A stretch of 63,953 bases of DNA, the filler included, from Bipalium vagum (taxonomy: Eukaryota), in the NCBI GenBank assembly GCA_037834085.1. It is 3 parts of 3 records of this genome, joined end to end, with 100 filler letters (N's around TTAATTAATTAA, not from the genome) between each part and the next. Parts side by side here need not be neighbours in the genome. Positions count along the whole stretch, not along the records: positions 1 to 20,035 come from JBBMKC010261855.1; positions 20,136 to 46,906 come from JBBMKC010130755.1; 1 more part is not named here. One strand, 5' to 3'. This document shows positions 14,455 to 27,738 of the stretch, piece after piece. The notes beneath the pieces are model-generated. The model saw only the letters and a list, made by a program, of their open reading frames with translations. It made no database searches and had not been told where the DNA came from. The position numbers and the translations under genes were made by a program. Within the stretch, counting starts at the first letter, position 1. The number at the start of each line of letters is the position of its first letter.

Positions 14455-15149
14455 TGTTGTATTTTGGTATAAATCTTGATTGATAAAATAGTTTAACTTG
14501 TTATCAGCTTTCAAATATGAACATTATTTAAACAATCGAAGGTTAATTTTTAACTAAGATTTTTTTAAAATTACTTTCTTCTTATTCTTTTTCTTTCTTT
14601 CAACTAGTTGATTGGAATTCATGGAACTTAATTTGTTATTTCTAGCATTGTGAAATCAAAGTTTTATTATTGTATTTTAAATTAATACGGTTCAGTTTAG
14701 ATTTTGCAGTCAAATCCAAAAAACTTTTAAATTAAACATAAAATTACTTTTTCACAACTCTTATTGCTGATTATCTTTAAAAATCTGCTACTACCTTTTT
14801 ATTCAATATAATTTCGTTACTTTCAATATATAAAGTTTCAATACAACATTATTTGTTTTTTTATTTTTCTTCTTTTCTATTTGATTTCTATTATCTTTTT
14901 ATGAGGTCTCTAAAGTCATAACTTGGTCTTTTCGAATTGTTTTAAGTATAATTTTTGACTATTTTGATACTGAAATATTTCAGTATTTACATTATTTTAT
15001 TTTTGTATTTTCTGAATTTAGTAACTTAGTGTTTTGTTTTTGTAAAAATTTTTTTACTATAGATCTATTTTTAGTAACTAAAATTAACATTTTAGCTTAT
15101 AATTATAATTAGTAATCATATGTTACTAATTTATTTCTTTCAGAAAATA

Positions 15150-15260
15150 TCAAGATAGAAGATTTTTCTAATTCAGGATTTTGCTGGAAAAGTCAAAACG
15201 TCGCCATTTTTATGGAGATTCAAAGACTCTCACCCTCAATTCAAGAAATAACATCGATAA
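15150..15260 (+). mobile_element. Possible PIF1/Helitron helicase relic
   Basis: Frameshifted FAGKV..VAIF.GD...LSP resembles helicase motif FGG..V..GDF.QL.P. Short and weak. Confidence 0.3.
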
Positions 15261-15409
15261 ACTTGAGTTTTGGAGCAAGAAATACATGTACTTTATCTGT
15301 AATTTCCTACTTGTTGACAGAGACAGAATATTTTCTGCTACTGTTGTTGCTCCAGCTTATAGAAGAGATTGAACTCGCAAATAAAAAACATTTGAGGTAT
15401 CGTAAATTT

Positions 15410-16860
15410 GATGAGTCCTTGGGTCGTTCTATGAGTGTTTTTCAGGTCACCTATGGATTGCCAAACTCGTTGGGTCCCTTGATAAATCTGTTTGTATCGT
15501 CGTCATAAATGTAAATATGTTAAGATCCTAAAAGGTGGATAGATGTTAAAAAGTGGAGCTTACTGTGTTTAGGTCTTACCGTTTATTTATTTATTTACTT
15601 AATAACCTGTTTGTTAATATTATGTAAAGTGATTGAGAGAACGATTTGATTTTTTTATAACTTATATTTTTATTAAAATAAAGTATAAATTTACAAACGA
15701 GTGATATCGTCCCTGATTAATTGAAAAAGAAGTTATTAATTATATTTATTGTTATGAAAAATCCTCTCGCTCTTAGACTCAGAGGTCCTCGATAAAGAAG
15801 AAAAATTTATCTCATCGCCCTACTTAGCGTGTGAAATAACAAAAGAAAAATAAAAAGGTAAAAGGAACTGAGATGAAAAAATTATATAATTCTCAGGTTC
15901 TGACCTGAGTATTTATTTATTTATTTTAAATAATCTGTGCGTTGTCTAACAAGAAACACTTGTATTAATTAAAATCAAACGATATAAAATAGCTTTTACG
16001 ATCAAATCTATAAATTTACTTAATTATTATTATTTAATATGAATCGAATCTATAAATTTACTAATATATTATTATCAAGGGACTAGTCTTGACAACTCTT
16101 GGTTTCAAGCTAGTATAAATTAATGATATAAAAAGTTAGTGAAGTCTGATAAGGATACTAAAATAATATTATAGATTAATAGTGTAAATAAAGTTTGTTA
16201 TACAAGTGCAACAAGTTGAGAATAAAAAAATAATAAAATTTACTATATTTAATTCAAAAGCATAAGCTGAAATAAAGCATGAACTGTTTATTTATGAAAT
16301 TTTTGTGATTTTCTTTTCTGCTTTATATATTTGGTACGACTTTGATTTTTGACTCTGATGTGGGCCTGTGACTCTGATTGTTGAATTCGTTTTAACTCTC
16401 TGGTGTGGACCTTTAGTTGAGTAGGTTGGATGCTGTAATTTTTGGTCAGTTGGAATGTTCGTCTGTAGGTATTGATTGATAATTTTCAATCCGTTGGAGT
16501 GTTTAAACTTGTTTTTGTAAGTAGCATCTGAACATAACTCTGTCTTTAGTCAACTTTCCTTTTCTTCTGACTGCTTATGCTTTTCTTTTCTTTTTATATT
16601 AAATCACCAATCACTACGCTTTGAGACGGCTATTTCCCTTAATATTCTGACATTAATCATAACTTTATCTCCACGCCGAGATAGTTAGTTAAAAATTAAA
16701 GAAAAACAAAATAATTTATTATCCCGACGACGGGACATATCTCTTAGCAAAAAATCTAATTAAGCAATATATCATTATCTCGACGACCAGTTTTTGATGT
16801 ATTGCTTTTTAGAATATTTAAAAAATTTCGACTTTTTAAATTAATATTAATATTATTACA
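15410..16860 (-). mobile_element. Fragmented LTR family 1 copy (5' end at 16860, structured core at 15412-15489) interrupted by a family 2 LTR
   Basis: 16600-16860 matches 27520-27699 and the reverse complement of 35690-35790. 15412-15489 matches 27165-27243. Confidence 0.7.
15518..15951 (+). mobile_element. Solo LTR, family 2
   Basis: Termini TGTTAAGA...TCTAACA. The 5' part recurs at 63818 and the 3' part at 6830-7076. No clear TSD. Confidence 0.7.
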
Positions 16861-17269
16861 AATATGTCATTATTTATTTATTTTTATATTATTATATATA
16901 AATATTATAATTATTATTGATTTATCGTGCTCTTCTGGGACGATTTCTAAAATTTCTTATTTCATGCTATAAAGTTTAACATTTTTGTAGATGTATTCAT
17001 ATAAATATTTGTATTATATATTAATAAATTTAAAACTTTTGAATTGGAAACAACTTCTGTAGATAAATTTTGGAGTAATTATTATCAAAAATGGGGTAAA
17101 ATTAATAAATTTATTGAAAAGCTTTAAAGTCAAGGACTGAAAAACCAAAAAATGATAAAAATATAGAAAAAACTATACAGACTAATTTTAATTATCCAAG
17201 AACACCAAAGCAAATATACAACACTACAATATGAAATCAAAACAAGTATTTATCATGACATTTACCTCA

Positions 17270-18200
17270 GGAATCAGTCTTCAAAATATAATCCGTTGTT
17301 TTTAATTTGTCTTTAACTATATCCCAGTTAATTCTTTTATCCAATTCATGTACTACTCTTTTGGCTTTGATACAAAGAAATCAGTGATACCGGTTCTCAC
17401 TTCTTCCACATTCTGAAAACTTTTCCTTTGCAGGTAATGAGCTATGGGACAAAAGAGGTAATAATCTTACGGTACAAGGTCCGGACTATATGCTAGATGT
17501 GGTATTATCTGAACCCATTTTACTTACCTTATTATATTTTTGGTTTGACAAGCAACATGTGGACGAGTATTGTCCTGCTGTAACAATGCATGTTTCCTGT
17601 TTATTAGAACTGGGTACTTGGCCGCAAAAATGTCATTCATATGTTTTATTGGGCTCTCGTAATTCCACCAGACGCAGAACAAAGCCTTGTGTTCAAATCG
17701 CTGTCGCTTGGAAACTGGTGTGGGAGTCTAATTAGAACTTCACCACTGATTTCGCAAGTCTGAATTCAGGAAGTAGACCCATTTCTCATCGCAAGTAACG
17801 ATGGTTTTTAAATTTCGTTTATCATTTGGGTAGAGAAGGAGTTTTTAAACATATATCATGCGGTACAACTTTGCACCTCCTATTGCTCTACTATGAGACA
17901 GAAGTTTGCAGTGTACTGAAGATTTCTGAATTTGAACTTTATCTGAAAGTCTCCTGACACTGGTACAGGGATTTTGATCCAAAGAATGCATAATTACTTG
18001 GGAAATAACTGTTGAGGGTCTTCCAGAACGTGACTCACCATTAAGATCCGTATTGCCCAAATTGAATCTTTTAAACCATTTGATAGCTGCGCTTTTACTG
18101 ACGAATTTGTCTCCTCCAGCTTCACATATTTCAACTGCAGTATTTCTGGCACAGAATTCTTATTTTCCAATAATGGAGTAAAAGGATATATATATTGTTT
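17270..18200 (-). mobile_element. mariner transposase pseudogene
   Basis: DLNGESRSGRPS, TIVTCDEKWVY, YSPDLVP.DYYLF. Confidence 0.9.
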
Positions 18201-18344
18201 TATCAACTTTCATATTATTCTGTAATACTAAAAAATATTAGAACAATATAGTTTATTTCTAGCATATTACTTGTTATGTCTTTTCAAAATAACAATAAAT
18301 AATTTTTATTTGTTAGGCTATTTAAACAATTTAACTTTAAATAT

Positions 18345-18770
18345 TGCAATTTCAAAAAGTGATCACGAACTTTGGACACCTTCATATATACAGTACCCTC
18401 CAACAAGATATGGTACCTCTACATAGAGCTATGAACACGTATAAATACTTTAAAAGTAAAAATATTGATATGCTAGATTGGCTAGAAAATTCTCCGAATG
18501 TCAACCCAATCGAAAATATTTGGGGATACCTTAAGGATGCAATGCAACATGTTCCATGCTATTCCAAAGAACAATTGTGGTATTCTTTGGATAGAAAATA
18601 TTGTCAAAATCTCAAAGTCAAAGTTCTCAATATGAAAGGGCATCCAACTAAGAATTAGAATGTAATTGTGGTGAATATTTGATAAATAAATGTATATCTT
18701 GATTTACATTCGTTTTTATTTATTTTGATATTAAATGAACAAATTTTTCTTTATATTTTTTGGAGTACTG
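18345..18770 (+). mobile_element. Tc1 3' fragment with right TIR
   Basis: LQQDMVPLH...LDWLENSPNVNPIENIWG; ends ttttggagtactg-TA. Confidence 0.85.
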
Positions 18771-18772
18771 TA

Positions 18773-19370
18773 TACACTCAGAAAAGTCATGACGTATTTT
18801 GGCGGCAGTTGATTATTGTTCATTTCAGAAGGAATATAAATAATTTAATGTGTAATATTATTATGAGATTTTATTTTATCACTTCATAAGACAGTTTTAA
18901 AATTTTTTTTATTGATTATTTTAAATTTTTTAGCCTTACAACAATTTTAAGATGGAAGATCAAAATATGTATTTTCACCGGGTTTTTCTCTTTTACTTCC
19001 GTAAAGGAAAAAATGCTCGTAAAGCATGTGAAATGTTACGTTTAATTTATGGTGACAATATCGTACAAGAACATCAGTGCCAATGATGGTTTACAGAATT
19101 CCGGGAGGGGAACTTTGACATAAAGAATGCTCCTCAATCTGAAAGGCCTTTCGAGGTTAATGAAGACAAAATACAGTAATTAACTCAATTAAACCCGCCT
19201 AGCACCACTAGAGAGATTTCCGAAATATTAATATCACTCAACCGTTCATGACCACTTGAATAATATGGGATACGTGAGCAAATTCGATATTTGGATTCCT
19301 CATACTCTTGAGAAAGTTCATTAACTGGCACGCATAAACATCTGCGATATGCTCATCAAACGTGGGGAAA
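18773..19370 (+). mobile_element. mariner 5' fragment
   Basis: FLFYFRKGKNARKACEML, WFTEFREGNFD, KFDIWIPH. Confidence 0.85.
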
Positions 19371-19539
19371 TAAAAAAATAATACAAATTAAAAAAACGAA
19401 AAAAAATTAATAATAAGTAAATATTTTAATTTTTTTATAAAATATCTGTTATTTAATATTCATTTGTTTTAATGATATACATTTAAGCGCGCATATCAAT
19501 AGTAAGTAATTTTCCAAAATTATTTTATGAGCCTTCTCA

Positions 19540-19960
19540 TGTCTTTTCAGTAGCACAATTATCAATGTTTGAAACCGGACTGACAGTCCGTGATGTTTCA
19601 GAAAAATGAAATTATCAACCAGAACAGTCCAAAAATAGTGGTCATATTTTATAAATGACATTGTGAACTTGCAAAGTGGATCTGGTAGACCAAGAAAAAC
19701 AAAAGCACACCAAGATGCTCATTTAGTATTAAATCAAATCGTTATTGGAGATGGAAAATCTTCGCCCACGACCATCTTTATTTTGAATGTCTTCATCTCC
19801 ATCCTTAAATCTCTGGAACCAGCGTTGAGCGCTACGTTAGCTAGCGGTACCTTCTTAAAAAATGCGATTGATATTTCGAGCGGTTTGTGCAGCATTTCCA
19901 CCTATTTTGAATTCATATAAGAAAACTGCTCTAATTTGGGAGTTGTCAATGATTATTGAA
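19540..19960. mobile_element. Tc1 HTH fragment (+, 19540-19720) abutting a mariner HTH fragment (-, 19750-19950)
   Basis: 19565-19650 is nearly identical to the reverse complement of 63620-63700. Minus strand reads IRAVFLYEFKIG...AQRWFQRFKDGDED. Confidence 0.8.
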
Positions 19961-20035
19961 ATGCCTACAAAATTATAGATATTAATTATTTATTAAATTT
20001 TTTTGTTGAAATACCTTTTTTAAAATTTACGCTTC

Positions 20036-20135
20036 NNNNNNNNNNNNNNNNNNNNNNNNNNNNNNNNNNNNNNNNNNNNTTAATTAATTAANNNNNNNNN
20101 NNNNNNNNNNNNNNNNNNNNNNNNNNNNNNNNNNN
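20036..20135. other. Artificial contig-joining spacer
   Basis: Exactly N44-TTAATTAATTAA-N44, with stops in all six frames; identical to 46907-47006. Confidence 0.97.
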
Positions 20136-20454
20136 TAAATTAATAATAGATGCATATAATGTCATTCAAAACGACATCGAAAAAAAACGGCACGAATTTA
20201 TTAGACAACCTAATATATTGAAAAGAATGGTGTCTGTCTTTTTTTGGTGTCTTTTCCTATTTTTTGAAGTAATTGTAATTCTACTGGGGAATTCACTCTA
20301 TGGAATCGTAAAAAATGTTTCACTTCTTCGATATTGTCAATTGGCGTTTCTCCTGTAATCCGTTTTTTGCTATTTCATTAGCATTTCTCACTTCTATGAC
20401 TTTGTCGAAAATAATGGTGATATAATTTGATGTTTCTTGTTCAGGTTCACCTAG

Positions 20455-21630
20455 TCATTCTACTTTTGCGTATTCTTCCCTAGGCAGTGACTCTAAACTT
20501 TCAATGTGTAACATGCGTTTTTCATTTGTAGCGTTATTTTCCTCATTATCATTTATAATATTTATTTTAGGCGTTAGTGATGGACAACTTTTCTGTAAGT
20601 GTCCAAATTTTCCGCAAATAAAACATTTAACCTTTCCCTCAATATTCACTTGTTGACGTTGGGATAGATTAAAATTTATACTTCTGCAAACATCTTTTAC
20701 ATGTCTTCTTTTTCCGCATTGAAAACATTGCAAATTGTGCGCTCTACATTCGTTTGCGGTATGGTTTCGTCGTGCACATTTGGTACATTGTTTATTATTA
20801 TTATTAAAATCGAATTGCTTATTTCCATTATTATATTCAAATGGTTTATTTCAATTATTATAATTATTCCTATTTTGGTAGTAATTCATTGGTGCTCTCA
20901 TTTGGTTACGTTGGTTACTTCCATTTAAAACATTATAAAGTTTAGTGGAGTATTCGTTATATAGACCTCTTTTATCTACCAGACATTCTCGGGCTCCATG
21001 ATCCATTTTATTACACTTATAAAATTGTATTGGATTATTATTATTTACTTTAATTGGTGATTTTGACCTTAATCCGGAGGACTGTTTTATTATTATTAAT
21101 GTTTTCATTGCAACAGCAGTTTAGGCTAATTTTGCCTTCTCCAATTATTTGCTCAAACGCTTCATGTCTATATAGCATGACAGCTGCTTTAATTTCATAT
21201 CTTAATCCTGACCACCCTTGATCTTTTACTATAACTTTAGTATTTTCTTCCCATTTATCTTGTAAACCAAAAGCTCTCTGGGCTATTGTTCTTAAATTAA
21301 GTGTATAATCTGATATTGTTTCATATATTTTTTGATTTAAGCTATGAAATTGTTACCTGAATAAATGGCCTTTGTCACCTGTGAAAATCTGTTCCTCTAA
21401 CGCGGCTTTAACTGATGCCCAATTATCATCTTTCTCTTTGGCTACTATATCTAAATATGCGTCTCTTGCTACACCTTTTAAGTAAATGGGAAGTCGGTTC
21501 ATTATTACTTTTTCATTAAAACCATATGCGCGCATTTTTATTTAATAATTTGATAAAAAATCGGGTAACTCAGCTGGGTTTCTATTATATGTATCCATTT
21601 TAATATAACCGGTTTACGTGTTACCATTGT
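20455..21630 (-). mobile_element. Ty3/Gypsy gag pseudogene
   Basis: Capsid-like LPIYLKGVARDAY...W..VK.AL and QKIYETISDY; zinc knuckles CFQCGKRRHVKDVC and CFICGKFGHLQKSC plus a degenerate third; in-frame stops. Confidence 0.85.
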
Positions 21631-21883
21631 CATTATGCTAACTTTCAGTCATTTTAGTTAATTTATTTTTATTAATATTTTCAGTAAAGCGAGGACAAGT
21701 TTGGGAACGAGTTATTATAGGTATTTCAACTATTAAACTTTGTTTTTTAGTCTTTTTCACTTAAACTTTTTCGATTTGGCTGTCAGATTGAGACTCAGAA
21801 TTAATGGTTGTTACGTTTGAAAAGTTATTATTATCTTCAGAATCGAAATTATTATTATTATCAATATCAAGATTATTATTATT

Positions 21884-22076
21884 NNNNNNNNNNNNNNNNN
21901 NNNNNNNNNNNNNNNNNNNNNNNNNNNNNNNNNNNNNNNNNNNNNNNNNNNNNNNNNNNNNNNNNNNNNNNNNNNNNNNNNNNNNNNNNNNNNNNNNNNN
22001 NNNNNNNNNNNNNNNNNNNNNNNNNNNNNNNNNNNNNNNNNNNNNNNNNNNNNNNNNNNNNNNNNNNNNNNNNNNN
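21884..22076. other. Assembly gap (193 N)
   Basis: Run of N. Confidence 0.99.
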
Positions 22077-22761
22077 CTCCGAACGTTTATAACGTCCGGC
22101 TCACCAAATGTTAAGTCTGGATTTACTGGTTTTTTAATTTTCTTGTTCTAACTCTTGTAATAGGTGCAGCAGCTAATATAGACTCCTCATTTTTCAAATT
22201 TTCACCAATCGCTCAAAGACCTATATTCTTTTTTAATTTTCTATCAAAATAACATTTCAGCTCAGCGTGAGTCGATTTCTTAAACGTTTTCCGGTATTGT
22301 ATTATTTCGTCTATTTGGATTAAACTTCAATGTATTCCTATGTAGAAGATTAATTCAAAAAAAATTTATTAAATGAAAATTAAGAGCCATTAAATAACAA
22401 TTTTATAAACGTTTTTAGAAATAAAAAAATTGATCAAAAACTCATAACATTCTTAAAAATTTACGCGTATTAGTTGGCGATTAATCTATGATATAATTTG
22501 GAAAAAGCAAAAAAATATAAAATTCTGCGGAGGCAGCTGTATTTCATTTATAATAAAAATGATTAGCAAACACAATTATAAGACTAGAACCCAAACCTGT
22601 TTTTCGGATTTACTTAACAAAAATATTAAGCACGTTAATTAATAAAATGTCAAAACTAATACTATTCTAGATATAACAAAGGTATGTGAAATTCTATAAT
22701 AAAACAAAGATAATTTTCATAAAATTTTATTTCATGTATAATGACTTTAAAATCTTTTGCT

Positions 22762-23001
22762 CTAGCAATAACATTGATTGCATTTTGGTTTACCTTTAGG
22801 AATTAAATTATAAATTTGACACTGAACTGTTCTATCATTATTTGCTCCAGGCTTGCAAGAATTTCTTATGGGAACTGGAATAGGAGAATTTGGAGATGTG
22901 AATGTATATGTACCAGGTTGGATATTTTCACTTCCATTATACTGAGGATCAGGACAACAAAGTCTCATATCTGGTGTAGCATGGCAACATCTTCTATTCA
23001 T
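22762..23001 (-). CDS. Small Cys/Pro-rich orphan protein (about 79 aa from ATG MNRRCC)
   Basis: Open, compositionally coding-like frame with CC, CC, C, C, CxxCxC in very AT-rich flanks. No family recognised. Confidence 0.5.
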   Translation of the reverse strand: MNRRCCHATPDMRLCCPDPQYNGSENIQPGTYTFTSPNSPIPVPIRNSCKPGANNDRTVQCQIYNLIPKGKPKCNQCYC

Positions 23002-23229
23002 TGTTAATGAAGTTTGAAAATATAAATTCAAAATTATTGACAAATTAATAAGTTGAAAAATCAATTTAATCAATAATTATAATAACATCCTGTACTAAAT
23101 AATACAATGGAAATTTTTTTTGTAAATAAACAATGAGTATAAATTATTACAATGAATAAAAAATAATAAAAATCGTAATAAATTAATATTTTTTGATAAT
23201 CTGTACATTTTTAAATTATCAACATTTTA

Positions 23230-26200
23230 TTTATAAAACAAATTTGACGTACACAAGGCTTCTAAATTAAATTAACAAGCACAAGTGTCATAGATAACCA
23301 GCATGGCTTTCTGATAAATTTCATTCAGCGGAATAATTGGTTTTCTTCAGTCTATATAAAATTAACCAAATATCCAGTAGCATGGAAGTTCCAAATCTTC
23401 GCCGATTGCTCAATATTTGATATTGCACATGATTTTAGAAGTACACTTGATTTCCTTTTTGATTATTATGTCTATTGTTACATAGTAATGTATCGTCCCA
23501 AGAGATCCAATAATCAGCGTCTTCAGTTGGATATTATAATCAGGTTTTATCAGTTTAATTTTTTTCTTCAAGTCCGAATACTTTACGATATTTTTATTTT
23601 CACTTATATCAAAGTTTCGTAAAGAGTCAATTAGACATTTTAAATCAACTAAGTAAATAATCTTTTTCTCTACGTTTGTAATGATTAAATCTATTCTCTC
23701 TTTTGAGTCTAGAATATCTTGATATTGCATATTTTTCTGAACAATCAGTTCTGGTCTTTGAAGTTCCTCGAAGATTTTTTCCATGAAAATATCATGTCTT
23801 TGTCCAATGAAGGAAAGATTTCTCTTGCAAACCTGCAGCACATGACTCATTGATTCCTTCTCAGAATCAAAATGTCTGTGTAGGCGTGACTGATCTTCCT
23901 TAATGGCTTTGGGAACAAATCTGAAGCTAAAACTTCCCAGTACTCCGGGAAAAAATGCTCTTGTTTGTTGATGGACATAGATTATAGATCCTTGCAAAGA
24001 AATTACTCCATCCAATGTTTTCCCACTTTACTACATAAGCATCATAAATGGATTGATACAATATGTGAAATACCCCATTACGATTATTAGGCAGGATTAG
24101 GTAGGTGCCACGAATGTTGTGAGTTACTCGCAGGCAAATTTCTTCTTTTATCACTTCAAAACTACAAGTGTTTTGATGACGTGTGGAAAGAAATTTAATA
24201 GCGCTTCTGATTTGGATGCACCATATTTTTTCGATTCTTGGTTGTTTTCTATCTTTTTTCCATTTAGCCATTCTAAGCAATCAGCTGTTGTCGGATTATC
24301 TATTCTCAGTCTTTGTCTACGCACATAAGATAATGAATCACGAATAATTCCATCTGTAAAATTGCAGAAAGAATTCAAAAGTCGAAATCTTTGAACTAAT
24401 GACTGAATCGAATATTTGTCGTGCAGATCAGTGAAACCGGCACCTCTATATGAAATTGACGAATAATGATGACATTTTTCAAAATTTCTAGGCAATTGTA
24501 GTATTTTTCTCAAGTATTATCTTAATTTACTACTATTATTATCATTATAGATTTTATTGTTGACAGGATTTCCAGTAGCTTTGATTTTTATTTCTCTGGT
24601 TCAAAATGCGAATGGGATCCTGGAATGTAAAAAAACTTTATATGCTTTTATCATTTGCCAATTAGCAAGATCCATGTTTACTAGTGTCAATAATTAATTT
24701 GCTTAGCAACTCGTAGATCGTTTTTATCACCTACAGGAACTCCTAGATATTGATAAAATTCCTTGCCCCTTATCTTTTTAATCTTGGAATTTTAGATGTC
24801 AATTTCAATACCATCGTCATTTTGTGGCAAGCTCAAAAGTGAACATTTTTCTAGTCTAAATTCTAATCCAATCCAATCAGTTATTTCAATTGCCTTTTTG
24901 ATAAGATTTTAAAGGTTCTCGTCATTGTCCGAAATCAATGCTATCTCATCCGCGTAAGGAAGGACTTTTACTTCTGATTGACCGATTAAGAAGCCTGAAG
25001 GTGGTAAGGAGTGTACAAATTCCAAGACTGGATTGATTGCAATTGAGAATGGTGACATCGATAACGGACACCCTTGAAGAACCACTTTGAGCATTGGAAT
25101 ATTTGGGGTAACGATGTTGCCACAAGTATAGATTAGAATTGCAGATTTACTTTCAAGGCTTTCTAAAAAGAATTTTTCCAGCTATTTTGAAATTGTAGTT
25201 TTCAACTGATATGATATTTTTATAAATTCTTTGCTTATCTCCGAAGCCACCAAAATTTGCTAATTTAACATTTTTGTTTTGCAAATTCATAGCTTTCTCT
25301 CTGATTTGGTGTATAAATTCTACTTTAAAAGAGTTATGTTATTTATTATTGATTTGTTTAAATAAATACTTTTCACTTTCACGTGTTATATTTTATACTG
25401 TTATGAAGAACGAATTAACTAAAAGAAAAGGATTTATCAGTAGCCTGCCGCGTGATAAATATACTGTTTACACGCAGATGAAGGGTCCATAGTCGTAATT
25501 GTTACCTTGACGTATAATATCTGGATATGGAGAAACACACATCAGGCAGTTCATATTGAATATTTTGTTAACATTAAAATTTAGAGTTTTTGTAAATTTG
25601 AGAACTATGTCCGATTTAAAATGCTCCATGTGGAACGACTGTTTGGCATCTTTATGATAGATAAATAGAACCATATGTTAGTTGATAATGTTGAAAGGAA
25701 AATATATATTGTTTTGGCTGAGTGAGCTTCAGGTGAGAGTTTGAGATTGTCACATTGATCAGTTGAGGCCAGAAAAAAACAGTAACCGGATTTAGATCAT
25801 AATGATTTTCACAATTTAAGAATGTGGCCAAAAACCAATGAATATCTGAGTCAGTGAACCAAGATTGATGATGTACAAAAATCAAGTCAACAATTTGTCT
25901 TCGTAAAATTTGCTGCTCGAGTACGACTCGAAATAGTATTATTAGGTTTCAAGATATGATTTTTTGTGAGATTCCTCATACACTACTTTCAAAGGTCAGT
26001 ATTTTCATCGTTCATATTATCAGTTCTTCTAAATTTTTTGTTGTTGCATAATGTACATATTTCATATTTACTGAGCTTCTCAACTTCTTTTATATACTTT
26101 TGCCAAATTTCTATGGCTCAGCTGATTGGCTCCTATGTTGCTTAATAGAGGCTGCTGATTCCGGAGTTTAGAACTGATTGTCATGAAGATCCTCAGGTAA

Positions 26201-26270
26201 AGTCAAGTGTTTTAGTTTGGACATTGTAACAATGCTAATTAAAAATTTTCAATGCATAAAATCTTTGATT
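23230..26270 (-). mobile_element. NeSL-like non-LTR retrotransposon (Ulp1-type protease + RT + zinc knuckle + restriction-like endonuclease), decayed
   Basis: WFTDSDI, FPFNI..HM.L, RQGNNYDYGPFI (C48 protease); VLQGCPLS, VLPYADEI (RT); ESMSHVLQVC, RHD, RIDLII...LVDLK, KY (RLE); AATAAA near 23232. Further Zn-finger-like relics up to about 26855. Confidence 0.88.
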
Positions 26271-26670
26271 TCACTTGATATAAAATTTTGACTTTTGTGA
26301 TCTACCCACAGCCCATAAATGTAATAAATGGACACATTTATTTAGATGTATTTTGAATTTCTCAAGAAAAGAATTTTCTTCTAATAGAAAAATATCTATT
26401 GTAATTTATGCAATTTTTCGTGTAGCACCGCCATAAAACACAACCTGTTTCTTTTTGATGTGCATTCCTTGAATATCGTTCCACAATCATCGCATTTATC
26501 TACAATCATTAATATTATTATAAATTACCTAATAGGAATAACAGACTGTTTTCTTTTAAAAACATAATTGCATCGGATGGAACACCCATCGCTTTGCTGT
26601 TAATTAATTTAATGTTCATATTTTTGTTATCAACATGGAAAAATTGATATCGGTCAAAAAAAACATGATC
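26270..26670 (-). mobile_element. Merlin 5' fragment nested in the NeSL-like element
   Basis: Near-identical to 33855-34200; CDDCG...WRC..KNC...FSIR zinc ribbon; TIR GATCATGTTTTTTTGAC. Confidence 0.85.
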
Positions 26671-26856
26671 TGAAATTTTTATTAAATGTTCTTTAATTTG
26701 GAAGGCTTGCTTCGGGGAACGCAGTTCCTTTTTTCATTTGTATCAGTCGATTTTTTATTGATGTTGTTTTTTTCTTTGTTTTCGTCGCTTTCGTTGTTTA
26801 TTTTTTCCTATTTTATTAAATCTTCATGATGACTTAGTTTTATTAGAAATATTTTT

Positions 26857-27699
26857 TCACAAAATTCACAATAATACTTTATCCGTACTCTAAGCGGTCA
26901 AAGCAATCACAATAAAACTTTAAATAAATCAAATAAATACAACACAGGTCAGTTCAATATGGAGGAGGATCAAATATCTTAAAAGTTATTATGACCAAAT
27001 TAATCAAAGGTCTGCACAATTATGATAAAAATGTCGAATCAAATAATATATTGTTAAAATCAAAATACACTAAATAAATGTTAATGTCGAACTTTAATGA
27101 ATTATTATCAAACAAGAAAACAAAAAACACAAAAAATTAATAATACTCTCACCGGGAGCGACAAGGGGTCCCCGGGTCGTCCACTAGGCCCTTTTCAGGT
27201 AACCTGGGGATTCCCAAATTTGCTGGGTACCCTTGTATAATCCTGCTGCTTGGTCTTTATCAAAGAAAGTAAAATTTACTTGAAACAATAAATCCGCAAC
27301 AATACTTCGCCGGTAGTAGCATTTCTTCGGCAAGTATAGATCCTCCACGTAAGTCTTCCGCAATAATTTTTTCTGACGTAAGTCTTCAACGATATTTTCT
27401 TTAACTCGCTCTGTGCAAATTTCTGGGAATAGGCATCTCTTTATATAGTCCTGTCGATTGGTCTACGATCACCAATCCCTATGCTTCTAGACGACTATGT
27501 CCATCAATATCCCATAAATCCCAACTTTATCTCCACGCCGAGATGAAGTTAGGGAAAAATTTGGAGTAATTAAAATTAATTATCCCCACGACGGGATAGA
27601 TTTCAACTTTTAATTATAAAAATTTTAAATTTCATTTTCTTTATCATTTAATATTGTTGTTATTATTATTAAAAATTCAATATTATTAATATTATTACA
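26857..27699 (-). mobile_element. LTR family 1 copy (3'-truncated)
   Basis: Starts TGTAAT; TATATAAAG box near 27440-27448; structured core 27146-27243 followed by GGTGAG; colinear with 35562-36500. Confidence 0.8.
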
Positions 27700-27738
27700 A
27701 ACATCATGGTTTGTGCCTTTGGCAAACCTAACAATTTT
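27700..27738. repeat. 21-nt hairpin GGTTTGTGCCTTTGGCAAACC with conserved flank
   Basis: Inverted copy at 35523-35561. Confidence 0.9.

Noticed and set aside
21804-22151. ORFs spanning the N gap
   Set aside because: Artefacts of unknown bases.
27146-27243. HDV-like ribozyme call for the LTR structured block
   Set aside because: The topology is suggestive, but no P1.1 or J4/2 catalytic cytosine context is identifiable; kept only as an unclassified structure.
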